Part shown: positions 16,840 to 27,474 of the stretch, in pieces
How positions within the stretch are numbered: the first letter of the stretch is position 1
Layout: each line of letters opens with the position of its first letter
Origin: an uncultured virus (IMG/VR IMGVR_UViG_3300043423_000026)
Taxonomy: Duplodnaviria; Heunggongvirae; Uroviricota; Caudoviricetes; Crassvirales
Length of the DNA stretch: 64,000 nucleotides
Strand: one strand, 5' to 3'
Virus record (IMG/VR): IMGVR_UViG_3300043423_000026
Position numbers and translations under genes: made by a program
The notes under the pieces: model-generated
Told to the model about the DNA's origin: nothing
What the model saw: the letters and a program-made list of their open reading frames with translations, nothing else
Database searches by the model: none

Positions 16840-17047
16840 GGAGCTTGAGTCTCAGGGATACTATGTAATCAAGTTAATAAAAACTAATAAGAATGGTATT
16901 GCTGACATCATTGCCATACCCCGTGACGCTAATGTTCTATTTGTTGAAGTAAAAGGACCTAATGGTAAATTATCTCCATTACAGGAATACAGAAAGAAAG
17001 AATTGGAAGCGCACGGTATTAAAACAGAAATTCATAAACCACTTTAA
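16805..17047 (+). CDS. VRR-NUC domain nuclease
   Basis: ESQIQ...GIADII...FVEVK...GKLSPLQ. Confidence 0.85.
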   Translation: MKESQIQSKKIKELESQGYYVIKLIKTNKNGIADIIAIPRDANVLFVEVKGPNGKLSPLQEYRKKELEAHGIKTEIHKPL

Positions 17048-17051
17048 TTAA

Positions 17052-17519
17052 ATGGAATCATTAAAAAAGATTATAAACGAAATATTTTCAATAGATATAG
17101 ACTCAGAAAAAAGAAAAAGAAGTGTTGTAGATGGGCGTAGAGTATATTCTAAGATACTTAGAGACCTAGGTTATGTGTATGAAGATATTGGTGACTCTTT
17201 AGGTAAAGACCACGCAACAGTTATACACTACATAAAAACAATAGATAGTCTTTTAAATTTCGATTCTGTATTTAATAAAAAATATAATATATGTAAGAAA
17301 AAATTTCTATTAGAGAATAGAAAAATAATAATGAAGTCAAATGATGATATACATTTGGAAGCAATATCTTTAGCCGAAAGATTAGAGAAAGCAATTTTAG
17401 AAAGAAATCAATTGTTAAGTAAGTTTGTAGGACATCTTGAATCTTACAAAAAAGAAAACAAAAAAATGCCTAACATTGAATATTGCAAAGAAGTTATATT
17501 ACCATTGTTTGATTTATAA
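17052..17519 (+). CDS. Second DnaA domain IV-like HTH protein
   Basis: RKRSVVDGRRVY...EDIGDSLGKDHATVIHY matches the DnaA IG..F.RDHTTV.H box-binding helix. Confidence 0.7.
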   Translation: MESLKKIINEIFSIDIDSEKRKRSVVDGRRVYSKILRDLGYVYEDIGDSLGKDHATVIHYIKTIDSLLNFDSVFNKKYNICKKKFLLENRKIIMKSNDDIHLEAISLAERLEKAILERNQLLSKFVGHLESYKKENKKMPNIEYCKEVILPLFDL

Positions 17520-17530
17520 AATCAAATAAT

Positions 17531-17707
17531 ATGGAACAAGAAAGAGCCGAGAGAATATCTCGAAGAATAGAGGAATACCACAGAGTATTGGCTGAAATTT
17601 ATGAGAAATTAGTCGATAGAGAATTTAAGTCTGTTCAAAAAGATTTACATTTCTTAATTTTGGAGGTGCGTTGTATTTTAAAATCAATAGAAGAAGATGA
17701 CTTTTGA
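17531..17707 (+). CDS. Hypothetical 58-aa helical protein (not in ORF track)
   Basis: MEQERAERISRRIEEYH...KSIEEDDF*. Confidence 0.5.
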   Translation: MEQERAERISRRIEEYHRVLAEIYEKLVDREFKSVQKDLHFLILEVRCILKSIEEDDF

Positions 17708-18104
17708 AACAGAACAGGATTTAATCAGAGAGAAAAAAGCTATACAAACATTTGTTAGTATTTTCTCAGGCTCATTCAAAAAACTTGACCCACAAGACGT
17801 CGACTATAAGGTATTCGATAAAGACGGAAGCCTAATAGCCTATGCAGAGGTGACAGGAAGGATTAGGACTATCTATAACGCCTACCCTTTACCTATTACA
17901 GCTAAAAAATTAGTTAAACTAATAGACAAAAGAATCTCGCCTGTAGTTATATGGGCCTGTGAGGATGGTATAATTTACGGTAAGGCTAATAAATTAAAAG
18001 GAGAAATCAAGTGGTCTAACCCACTAGATAACTCCTTTTATAATTCAGAACTTATGGTCTATTATGATAAACAGAAAGAACTTAAATATGTTAGATATAT
18101 TTAG
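17697..18104 (+). CDS. PD-(D/E)XK-like protein (EVT instead of EVK)
   Basis: VDYKV...AYAEVTGR. Confidence 0.45.
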   Translation: MTFETEQDLIREKKAIQTFVSIFSGSFKKLDPQDVDYKVFDKDGSLIAYAEVTGRIRTIYNAYPLPITAKKLVKLIDKRISPVVIWACEDGIIYGKANKLKGEIKWSNPLDNSFYNSELMVYYDKQKELKYVRYI

Positions 18105-18112
18105 ATAAAATA

Positions 18113-21100
18113 TTATTTATCTTTTTTTATCTCCTCTTGAAGTTGCTTTATCATTTTATACATCTCAGGGTCTGTTTTCTTTGACTCTTCCATATCCATT
18201 CCGTCTTCATTCTTAGACATCTTTATAGATTTCTTAACTATAGAAGTCATATCAGGGCTACCTACACCAATTACAGAAGAGACAAATAAAGGAGCTATTA
18301 ATAATTTTAATTTGTCAGCTTTATTTTGAGATATTTCTTTTTTGTTCCCATAACTATCTGTATATTTATTAGTATAAGCCAATCTTCCTAGTAAATATAA
18401 ATCTTTTGCTTTCTCTAAAGGTATTCCATAAGTACCAAATGCACTTAATGCAGATTTCTCTTGAGAACCAAATAATTTAGTTTTTTCCTCTTCAGGAATG
18501 TCCCTTAAAGATTCTATCTCTTCTACGCTATATGACATTGCGTCTTGTAAAAATGGGTCAGCTAATGGTATAGGAGAAAAAGTATCAGACATAAAAGTCT
18601 GAGCTGAACCTTTTAATAGGTTGTTTACAAATTTTTTATCGTCCTCTTCATCATCATCTCCCATTATAGATTTTGCAGCTGAATACATTAGTAAAGAGAA
18701 TCCAATCTGTAAGGCTCTATATGCAGCAGCCTCTAAAACATATCCTGATATAGACCTTAATGCTATGATTTTATCTTCTTTTGTAGATGTATTCCAATAT
18801 TCTAAAGTACTTAAATCAGACCCTAATCTTGATGATTGATTCATTCTAAAACTTGAAAAAGGCATAAGCATTTTAACGAATGCTTTTTGAGACTTCTCTT
18901 CACTTGTAAAAAAATCTCCCGCTAATGAATGATTAGATATGTTTTGCTGTCTATCTACCATTCTTTGAGCATAATTTGCAGCTTCTTTATTTACCTTATG
19001 CTTGCTATAATCTATTCCTTTTTTAGTTACTGTTCTCTCTCCACTATCTGTTTGAACTGTTTCAGAAGTCTCGTAAAGACCTTGTTTTTTTAAATACTGC
19101 TCATAATAAGCCTTAAATGAGGCTCTTGCAATCCAAACATCAAAATTAACCAATAATACTTTTAATGCTTTATCATTTGTTTTTTCTAAAAATTTCAATG
19201 CTTTATCAAGAGGCATATCCGCGGCCTTATCTATAAGCTTATTTAAAGAATCAATTTCAGCCTGAGATTCTACACCTCTATTAGATATAGCATATCCTAA
19301 ATCATTAAGCCAATTATTAAAATTTCTATTAATTGACGCACCTAATCCTACACTACCTGCATTCATAGCAGTACTAAACATAACCGGAATAGTTTGTTTG
19401 AATGGTTGAGATGGAGATGCTAGTGATGCTGTTACTCCAAATTTAGCTAACTTATCTGCTTTTCTTAAGAAATCAGATATTTCTTCATTTGAAAAAGGAG
19501 TTTTCTTTCTTGTTAATCTAACAAATTTCTTTATTCTTTTATCTATAAGATTAGCATCTTTTGCTGATGGAAATATTTTTCTAAAGCTTTCAGATTTTAA
19601 AAACGAACCTACTTTTCTAATATCAAATGCTGTATATAAATCAGTCAAAGCATCATTCATAGCATTTGCATTTTTTTTATCAAATGAAAAATCCACATAC
19701 ATATCTTTAGGTATACTTCTATTCTCTTGCTTATCTATTAAACTTCCTGATTTTTTATCATAAAGAACATCATCAGTATTGGCAAAAAATTGAGAATCAA
19801 TATCTTCTAAATTAACATCACCCATCTTATTCTGTAATTTTCTTATCCTATCAGGTGTAAAGTTTAAGTCTCTTCCTAATACTTTATTATAGAAGTTAAG
19901 AGCTAAATTAGATAATGATTCATATTTATTAGACCATTCTTTTACCCAATAATCAACAGCTTTTGTGTTATTAATATCAGTTTTAGCCCTAACATCGTTT
20001 ACATTTTCTGAACCATCCAATATCTTATCATATACTTTTTGTAAGATTTTAGCAGTTTCTATTTCTGAATCATTTCCATTTTTAGATAATAATTCTATAG
20101 CGCCTAAAACTTCTTGTTTTCTTTTATCAAAAACTTTTTTCATTCTTGATTCGCTTCCTATTACATTTCTAAGAACGTGAGCGAAAACTCCTCTTTCAAC
20201 ATCGTTGTATGCTGAATTAAAAGACTCTCCATTTGCTTTTGTTTTATAGAACTGACTCACATATTTTTTAACTATATTATTTGATTCAGACTCTGCTTTA
20301 GAGCTATTATTAATTAAATCAGAAAGACCTGTTAATTCTTCAACTCTTAACGCTCTATTTACTCCTTTGAACATTTTTTCAAACAATACAGGTAGTGATG
20401 TTACTGATTTACCAAGTGCTAATCCTAAATTTGCACTCCAATACTTTCTAAGTCTTACTGCTTTTAATCCTTCAGACTCTGCTTTCTTGCCACCTATTAT
20501 ACCTTCGAAATCAGCAATTGGTTTTAACATACCTGCTGTAGATTTATTCTGTATAAAGTTTATAAGAGAGTCAACGGTTCTAAGTGCTTCTTTTGTATCT
20601 TCTAATTTAGAAGGGTCTATTTCCATAAACCTTTTGATTATGTCTTTTTCTTGCTCAGTAAAAGTAACTTCTTCTTCCGTGAAAGGGTCGATTCCTGTGT
20701 TTAGCATATCGTTTATTACAGTAGAATAAATATCAAATGCCTTTTTAATAGTAGCTCTAACTATTTTTTCATCATCTTTAGATAAATCTTTATCTGATTC
20801 CAATAAAGCTTCTATTTCTTCAGCACTAAATTCAGAAGCATCTACTCCAAATAAATCTTGCAACTCTTTAAGTTTTTCTTCTTTTATTACTGATTCTTGT
20901 TCTTCAATGGTTTCTTCAATATAAGAAATAGTGTCTTCGATATTTATTGTTTCTGCAAACTTAACATCAGCTTTTCTTATTTTAGAGCCATCTACTGCTG
21001 CTTTTAATTTATCGGCAACTTCATTATACTTATCAATATTATCTACTAAAGAAGGGTCTATTTTTACAAACTCAGAAGCAACAGCTCTAAGGTTTGCGTT

Positions 21101-24100
21101 TTTACTTTCGTTCTTGGATAATTTCTTTAATGAAGCTAAAGTTACTCTTGCTTTAGATAATTTATCTTTATAGTTTGCATCGTTAAATATTTTTACCATA
21201 TAATCAGTAAATCTACCAACAGACTTCTCACTAAAGATATTTACCTTAGAAAATCTTTTAAGTATTGCTCCAACTTGTTTACTATTTATCTTCCCTTCTT
21301 TATTTAATTTATTTAGTTCATTAGTTAATTCTTCTGTTTGTTTTTTCCAAACCTGTATAGATTCTCTTGCACCTTTTGCCTTATCTTTTATTTGTTTTAT
21401 AAGTAAGTCTTTCTCACGCATTGTAACCTTCTTGATGTCTTTAATAACACCAAATAGCTTATCTACAGACGGAGCCGACTTCTGTCTTAAACCAAATCTT
21501 TTACGAACATCACGAACTAATAATTCTCTTTGAACATCAGTTGCGTTTTTGTATACATCAGATTCTTGAACATAATCTAATACATCCTCAACACTATTTC
21601 CTTCTTTTATTTGATTATCTATTTCAGAAGAAAGTTCATTGTATCCTGGAGCCTCTATCTCAGATATACCCTCAGACTTATTTTCGTTGATTTTAGACAC
21701 TATATCTAGTGCGTCTATGATTTTATCAGAAGCAATGTTATAGATGTTAGAAACGTTGTTTATGGCCTCCTGAAGGGTTATTCCTGCGTTAACTAAAGCT
21801 TTCAATGTTTTCACAATAGCTTTAGCTGTTGCTACAGCCATAACTCTTGTAACATCATTAAGTTCATTAGGGTCTAAATCCAAAGATTTATCAGCTCTAT
21901 CTAAATATTCAAGTACTCTATTAAGACTGTCTTTATCCTTGGTATCTAAATCAAGTAGGTCTTTAGTATTATTTTCTTTTGATTTTATTTTTTCTACTTT
22001 TCTATTTGCCTCTGTATCCGCACTTGCTACTTCTATGCCTAACTCTTTAGCAAGCTTAGTTAGTATTTTTGTAGCTGCTAATTTATCTTCAACCACGTAA
22101 TATGAATCAGCTATAAATTTATCTGAATCACTTATAAGTGTAGTAAAGTTATTTCCGCCCTGCATTTCTCTTGAGTATCCATAAAATAGGTCAGCCTTTC
22201 TTAATGCATTAGTTAATTTTCTTGTATTGTTAGTATCAATACCTCTTCTTATTAACTTCAATATAAGACCATAAGCGTATCTATTTGAAAAAGACCCATC
22301 TTCTTCAATCTTTCTTGTTAGTCTATTATATCTTTCTATTTCTTTTTTAATAGACTCGTTATCTCCGTCATACTCTAATTTAGGAGAATCACTATCTATA
22401 TTTTTACGTAATTTAGAATTTTCATTATCAGCTCTATCGTATATTTCATTAGCAATATCTTGTTCGTATTTAACAGTAGGACTTTCCGTAACAGCAGATT
22501 CTTCTGCCTTAACATCAACAAGAGTTGATTGAACAGTAGCCGCTTCTTTTATTGGTTTTTCTATAGGTGCCTCTTGAGTTATTTCAACATTAGGTTGTAA
22601 TGCTTCTCTCTCAGCTTTAGTTAAAGGTTCTTTAGGTTGTTTTAAAGTTCTTTGCTTACGCTTAGCTTTTCTAGTAGTTTTACCCTCTCGCTCAGCGGAA
22701 GGCTGTCTAACTTCTTCTTCAATTCTGATAGCCTCGTCTGCGAGCTCGTTTGCTTGTTCAATTTGTTCATCTGTTCCATTTTGTTCAAAGTCTTTAAGTT
22801 TCATTTGGTAAACTATTTGGTCCGCTTGTTGACCTCTGAATGTTCTTTTTTGACCATCCTCAGTATCAAGTGTAACACTGTAGTTACCATCTTTATCTTG
22901 GTTTATTGCAGCATCAGGACTGCTGTAGTTATTCAAATATGTTTTACCGCTTACATTCACACTATTATCCTCGTTCAATGTAATATCTAGTTCTTCTTCT
23001 TTTTGAATGCCGAAATCAGCCAATGTGCTATCAGCTAATTCGTCAACATTACCTAAGTCGATTATTTCTGTAGGAGTTTCTAATACAACAGTTTGACCTA
23101 TTGTAGTTAACTGACCTTTCTTTCCATCATAAACATAAACACCTGCTGCATCATTTAATGCTTCAGATATAGGAGCTGTTGGCTCCTCGATGATAGTTTG
23201 CGGTGCAGTTACTTCTTCTTGCGTAACCTGCTCGGTAATGACTTCAGGTTTTGTTTCGGATACTCCTGTCTCCACTGTTTCGCTAATTCCGGCTTCTGAC
23301 TGAACAGGAATCTCTGTTGTGCTTTGCTCTTGAATGGCATCTGCTTCACTTAATTTAGTTAATGAATCATTTATTTCTGTAATTCTATTTTTTTGTTTTA
23401 CAACTAACGCAGGGTCTTTTCCTTCAACATAATTCTCTAAATCTTTCTTTTCTTTCAAAAGATTCATAGCTTCTTTTCTTTGTGCAGTATCAAGATTATC
23501 GGGTAGCTGTCTAAATAAACCAACTGAATTTCTGTAATTATTTAATTGTTCTTTAGCTTGAGCTACAGTCAACTCTCCATTTGTTATTTTACTTTTTAAG
23601 CTTGTAATGTATGCACTTTGCATTTTTTCATCATTAGCCATATTAGCGAATGTTTCAAACGTAGCGTCATCCATTTTTAAAAATCCTTTTTCAGAATATG
23701 CAGCACTTACAGCAGAAGGTGTACCTAAAACAAAACCACCAACAGCTTCTTGAGCTCCTGCTACAACTACATTCTGTACTAAGTCAGATATTGAGTCAGG
23801 AGTCTTGAACATTTCTTTTCCTTTAATCAAATTGTAAACATCTTTAAACTTTGTTTCTGCCAATTCTTGAGCAGCACCTGTTTCAAACTCAGACGCACCC
23901 GCAGCAGTAAGAGTAAGTGCTCCTTTTGCTAACATACCATCTACTTCATTTTCGACTAATTCTCTGAAAGTTTTAGCAGTAACTCCTCTTCCTGTTTTAC
24001 CTAAAACATTTAAGGTTATTCTATTGATTAAACCTTGACTACTTTTTAAATTTCTAAAACCTAACTCTTCTAATGTAGCAGCAACTATACCAATAGGCAT

Positions 24101-25801
24101 AGTAACGGCTAGTTTTTCATTCTCTGAAATATTATCAAACTCAGGGTTACTCTCCATTTCTTTAGATAAACCGTCAGATATTTGAGCATACATTTGAGCT
24201 GTTCTTTGAGCCCAACCTGCCGGACCTGAACCTCCAATCATTGCTGGCAATGATTTAGAAACTCCTAAGATAGCTCCTCCCCAAAAATCTTTTTCTTTTA
24301 AGCTAGCCCATTGTTTTGTAGTTTGAGTATCTCCAAACACATCTCTATTTGCTACTCTAATAATTGGAATTGTTTCTTTTTTAATGCTTTTCTTAACATA
24401 GTCATCAATCTCATCTTCTACATAATCTTTATTTGTTTCTGTAAGTGATTTTTTCCAATCATCATAACTTTGACCTTCTGAAGGACCTTTTATGTTTAAT
24501 TTTTTAGAGATAACTAAAGCCTGTTTATTTAATTCATCTACACTTAGCATTTTTTCATTAGGACGAACTTCTGCTAAAAAATCAATAGTTAAATCAGAAG
24601 ACCCTGCATTAATAGCATCTGAACCTTCAAGTATTGCATTCCAAATACCTCCTCCCCAACTACCTTGCTTTGCTTTCGTTATAGAATATTTAGCAACAGC
24701 AGTGTCTAATTTTTTACCTTTTTGTTTTATCTTATCTTCTTCTTGAAGAATTGATTTCATTTCAGAATCAAGAGCTATTTTTTTATTGTCTAATTCTTTT
24801 ACTTTATTTATAAATTCCTGAGTATTTCTTAAATTATCAGGAGTATTACTTAAATTTGCGTATTGTTTTTCAAGTTCTGATTTTTTTGCTAAAAATTGTT
24901 TTTGCTTAGCATTTAAGCTTGTGGCTTCATTAGCAATAACTTTTACATAATCATCTACCTGTGCTTCTGAATTAAACTTTCTATCTTGCTCTTTCATAGT
25001 TTTTTCAAGAACAAAAAGCCCCTTAGCAGGAGTATTATCTTTTATGAATTTTTTTAATTCTTCAGCTTGCTTTGTAGATTTGCTATCTAATAAATTATCT
25101 AAAGATACTTCTTTAGATTTTCCATTAGGAGCTTTTACAGTCATATAATCTCCAAGAGCTCCTGTAGTCTCAAATTTAAAGCCTAAGTCCCCAAATTGAT
25201 ATTTCATCTCTTCTACAACATTATCTTCTGTGTTATTCATCAAATTAGTATTGATGGAAGATAATCTCTCGTTTAGATATTTATTATCTGCTACATTTGG
25301 TTTTATATTTAATTGTTTATCAAATATATCTCCATATTTTTTCTTTTCAGCTGTAGTCTCTTGATTTCTCTTATCTAATTCTTGAACTACTTTATTAGCT
25401 TTTGAAGCTTTTTCAGGATTGAATATAGGTTTCCCTGACATATCTGTAGGTACAGATTGCCTTTTAGCCATAGCTTTCTCAAGACCATTTTGGTCAAGAG
25501 TAAGCATAACATTTTGTGGATTAGTAGATTTTGGCGATACCGATGAACCAGGTTCCGAAGACAAGTCCAAAGCGAATTTTTTTTTTTGAGCAGGAGCAGC
25601 TTCAGGCTTAGCTTCACCTTTACCAACTAGACTAGAGAATGAATTAATGTCTTTTTTGTATCCCTTAGCCTTTACATAAGAATACATATCATTCATTACT
25701 TCAGAATCATTATGTAAAAGTTTTATAAATTCTTCTCTATTTTTTTGATAGCCTTTTGATTTCGCTCTTGAATATAAATCGTTGATTACTTCTTCATCCA
25801 T
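18113..25801 (-). CDS. Giant internal virion / DNA ejection protein (2562 aa)
   Basis: Helical low-complexity protein at the end of the late operon; Gly/Ala-rich membrane-like segment; C-terminal MPFSSF motif; position typical of podovirus ejection proteins. Confidence 0.6.
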   Translation of the reverse strand: MDEEVINDLYSRAKSKGYQKNREEFIKLLHNDSEVMNDMYSYVKAKGYKKDINSFSSLVGKGEAKPEAAPAQKKKFALDLSSEPGSSVSPKSTNPQNVMLTLDQNGLEKAMAKRQSVPTDMSGKPIFNPEKASKANKVVQELDKRNQETTAEKKKYGDIFDKQLNIKPNVADNKYLNERLSSINTNLMNNTEDNVVEEMKYQFGDLGFKFETTGALGDYMTVKAPNGKSKEVSLDNLLDSKSTKQAEELKKFIKDNTPAKGLFVLEKTMKEQDRKFNSEAQVDDYVKVIANEATSLNAKQKQFLAKKSELEKQYANLSNTPDNLRNTQEFINKVKELDNKKIALDSEMKSILQEEDKIKQKGKKLDTAVAKYSITKAKQGSWGGGIWNAILEGSDAINAGSSDLTIDFLAEVRPNEKMLSVDELNKQALVISKKLNIKGPSEGQSYDDWKKSLTETNKDYVEDEIDDYVKKSIKKETIPIIRVANRDVFGDTQTTKQWASLKEKDFWGGAILGVSKSLPAMIGGSGPAGWAQRTAQMYAQISDGLSKEMESNPEFDNISENEKLAVTMPIGIVAATLEELGFRNLKSSQGLINRITLNVLGKTGRGVTAKTFRELVENEVDGMLAKGALTLTAAGASEFETGAAQELAETKFKDVYNLIKGKEMFKTPDSISDLVQNVVVAGAQEAVGGFVLGTPSAVSAAYSEKGFLKMDDATFETFANMANDEKMQSAYITSLKSKITNGELTVAQAKEQLNNYRNSVGLFRQLPDNLDTAQRKEAMNLLKEKKDLENYVEGKDPALVVKQKNRITEINDSLTKLSEADAIQEQSTTEIPVQSEAGISETVETGVSETKPEVITEQVTQEEVTAPQTIIEEPTAPISEALNDAAGVYVYDGKKGQLTTIGQTVVLETPTEIIDLGNVDELADSTLADFGIQKEEELDITLNEDNSVNVSGKTYLNNYSSPDAAINQDKDGNYSVTLDTEDGQKRTFRGQQADQIVYQMKLKDFEQNGTDEQIEQANELADEAIRIEEEVRQPSAEREGKTTRKAKRKQRTLKQPKEPLTKAEREALQPNVEITQEAPIEKPIKEAATVQSTLVDVKAEESAVTESPTVKYEQDIANEIYDRADNENSKLRKNIDSDSPKLEYDGDNESIKKEIERYNRLTRKIEEDGSFSNRYAYGLILKLIRRGIDTNNTRKLTNALRKADLFYGYSREMQGGNNFTTLISDSDKFIADSYYVVEDKLAATKILTKLAKELGIEVASADTEANRKVEKIKSKENNTKDLLDLDTKDKDSLNRVLEYLDRADKSLDLDPNELNDVTRVMAVATAKAIVKTLKALVNAGITLQEAINNVSNIYNIASDKIIDALDIVSKINENKSEGISEIEAPGYNELSSEIDNQIKEGNSVEDVLDYVQESDVYKNATDVQRELLVRDVRKRFGLRQKSAPSVDKLFGVIKDIKKVTMREKDLLIKQIKDKAKGARESIQVWKKQTEELTNELNKLNKEGKINSKQVGAILKRFSKVNIFSEKSVGRFTDYMVKIFNDANYKDKLSKARVTLASLKKLSKNESKNANLRAVASEFVKIDPSLVDNIDKYNEVADKLKAAVDGSKIRKADVKFAETINIEDTISYIEETIEEQESVIKEEKLKELQDLFGVDASEFSAEEIEALLESDKDLSKDDEKIVRATIKKAFDIYSTVINDMLNTGIDPFTEEEVTFTEQEKDIIKRFMEIDPSKLEDTKEALRTVDSLINFIQNKSTAGMLKPIADFEGIIGGKKAESEGLKAVRLRKYWSANLGLALGKSVTSLPVLFEKMFKGVNRALRVEELTGLSDLINNSSKAESESNNIVKKYVSQFYKTKANGESFNSAYNDVERGVFAHVLRNVIGSESRMKKVFDKRKQEVLGAIELLSKNGNDSEIETAKILQKVYDKILDGSENVNDVRAKTDINNTKAVDYWVKEWSNKYESLSNLALNFYNKVLGRDLNFTPDRIRKLQNKMGDVNLEDIDSQFFANTDDVLYDKKSGSLIDKQENRSIPKDMYVDFSFDKKNANAMNDALTDLYTAFDIRKVGSFLKSESFRKIFPSAKDANLIDKRIKKFVRLTRKKTPFSNEEISDFLRKADKLAKFGVTASLASPSQPFKQTIPVMFSTAMNAGSVGLGASINRNFNNWLNDLGYAISNRGVESQAEIDSLNKLIDKAADMPLDKALKFLEKTNDKALKVLLVNFDVWIARASFKAYYEQYLKKQGLYETSETVQTDSGERTVTKKGIDYSKHKVNKEAANYAQRMVDRQQNISNHSLAGDFFTSEEKSQKAFVKMLMPFSSFRMNQSSRLGSDLSTLEYWNTSTKEDKIIALRSISGYVLEAAAYRALQIGFSLLMYSAAKSIMGDDDEEDDKKFVNNLLKGSAQTFMSDTFSPIPLADPFLQDAMSYSVEEIESLRDIPEEEKTKLFGSQEKSALSAFGTYGIPLEKAKDLYLLGRLAYTNKYTDSYGNKKEISQNKADKLKLLIAPLFVSSVIGVGSPDMTSIVKKSIKMSKNEDGMDMEESKKTDPEMYKMIKQLQEEIKKDK

Positions 25802-25820
25802 TTTTATATATATTTAAGTT

Positions 25821-27458
25821 TTATTTTACAATATAATTCACCCCTGAGTTCCCGCTATTCCCGCGTGCTTTTAGATATTCTCCTTTGTAGTAAGCTTTTG
25901 CTTCTGCAATATCTCTAAAGTTATATCCTTCTTTGCTACTTGGATTAGGTATTTCCGTTATAATTGCCGACATAAGACCTGCATTTATATCGCTATTACC
26001 TCTAAATGCTATTTTTTTAGCAACTTTTGAACCCTTTTTACCTGTTCCTATTTTTTTTGATTTTTTTCCTTCTTCAGTTTTATCATTTATATCTGTTTCT
26101 ACTCCTGAAGACGTCTCTCCTGATGATTGGTATCCTACAATTTCAAGAGCTCCTGTTTTATTATTATATCCTATATCAGTAATTTCATTCTCTATACCTG
26201 CTATTTCTTTAATCACTGCATTTTTTAATTTTTGAGATACTCCTGTAGGAACTTTATTTCCTTTGGAATCAGTTCCTTTTACTACAAGAATTTCTCCTCC
26301 CTGAACAGGTGGTGGGGTATCTTTATCTCCTGAGCCATACATATAAGCAGCTCTTGCTTTTGCAGCGGCAGTCTCATCAAGTTGACCTACTACTTGAGCG
26401 TCTTCTTCATAATTGTACTGAGCTCTCATATTGGCTCTAACAAACTCTTGAGCGTCTTTTTTCTGAGCCTCTGTTAATTGGTATGTAAATCCTCCTGAAC
26501 TAGGGTCAACTACTTTTAATATGTAATTGTTTCCTTTTTTAGCTTCACTAGGGTCAGTTGTAATTTTATAAGGCTGCATATTAGGAGCCGTTATAGCGCT
26601 GTCAAAAAGTATTCTTGCTGAATCTAAATTAGTTCCTGCAATCTCTTTAACTTTTTCATCTTCTGCTTTCTTAAAGTCAAACAAAATTTGTTTAGTCTCA
26701 GGGTCTAAATCTGTTCTTCTTGTAATATCATCAATACTTTTTGATAAACCTTGAGCCCCTACTCTACCAAGAGCAACGGTTACTTTCTTTTCTTTACCTA
26801 AATTATCAACAAAGCCTTTTACTTTAGATTGGTAGTCGTATCTATCTATTCTACCTAAGATAGCTTGGTTTAGGTAATCCATACTTCTTAATCCTCCTGG
26901 AGTTTTATCCAAGGTTCTTACCTTTTTACCATCAATCTCTTCTTCTACCATTTTACCTGCCATAACAGTTCCATCAGGAGCTATATGCCAACCAATGTTA
27001 CCCCAATCTCCAAAGCCTTCAACTTCAGCCCAATTCTCAGGTTCTAAACCTGAGCTGATTCCGTCTCTTTCTCTTTCTTTGGTTAAACTCCAATTCTCTT
27101 GATAAGATTTATTTGCATTGAACGCAAGATTAGTACCATCAATTATATTTTGTCTAAGTATCATATAATCTTTAGGACTTAATTGACCGCTTTTTAATTG
27201 TTGGTCAGCTAATCTTAAAGTATTTGATGCGGTATCTGCATAATTTAATATAGATGTTCTTGCTCCGGTATGCTCTCCATTAGGAGTTTCGGCAAGATAT
27301 TTCATCGTCTCACGCTGAGCTTCATCTAAAGCAGCTTTCTTTTCCTCTCTTACACGATTAGTTTCAGAGAGCATATCGCTCAATCCTTTACCAACTTCAG
27401 CCCAATTTATCTGTGAGTCGGCATCTCTTTCTGCATATTTATAGTATGTACCTGCCAT
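25821..27458 (-). CDS. Putative internal virion protein (545 aa)
   Basis: Position between the pilot-like and giant genes; N-terminal NWAEVG coiled coil. Confidence 0.5.
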   Translation of the reverse strand: MAGTYYKYAERDADSQINWAEVGKGLSDMLSETNRVREEKKAALDEAQRETMKYLAETPNGEHTGARTSILNYADTASNTLRLADQQLKSGQLSPKDYMILRQNIIDGTNLAFNANKSYQENWSLTKERERDGISSGLEPENWAEVEGFGDWGNIGWHIAPDGTVMAGKMVEEEIDGKKVRTLDKTPGGLRSMDYLNQAILGRIDRYDYQSKVKGFVDNLGKEKKVTVALGRVGAQGLSKSIDDITRRTDLDPETKQILFDFKKAEDEKVKEIAGTNLDSARILFDSAITAPNMQPYKITTDPSEAKKGNNYILKVVDPSSGGFTYQLTEAQKKDAQEFVRANMRAQYNYEEDAQVVGQLDETAAAKARAAYMYGSGDKDTPPPVQGGEILVVKGTDSKGNKVPTGVSQKLKNAVIKEIAGIENEITDIGYNNKTGALEIVGYQSSGETSSGVETDINDKTEEGKKSKKIGTGKKGSKVAKKIAFRGNSDINAGLMSAIITEIPNPSSKEGYNFRDIAEAKAYYKGEYLKARGNSGNSGVNYIVK

Positions 27459-27474
27459 ATCTTATTTATTATTA

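Noticed and set aside
18113..25801. Virion RNA polymerase (crAss- or N4-like) in the 2562-aa protein
   Set aside because: No DFDxD-type or T7-like catalytic motifs seen; a divergent enzyme domain cannot be fully excluded without HHpred.
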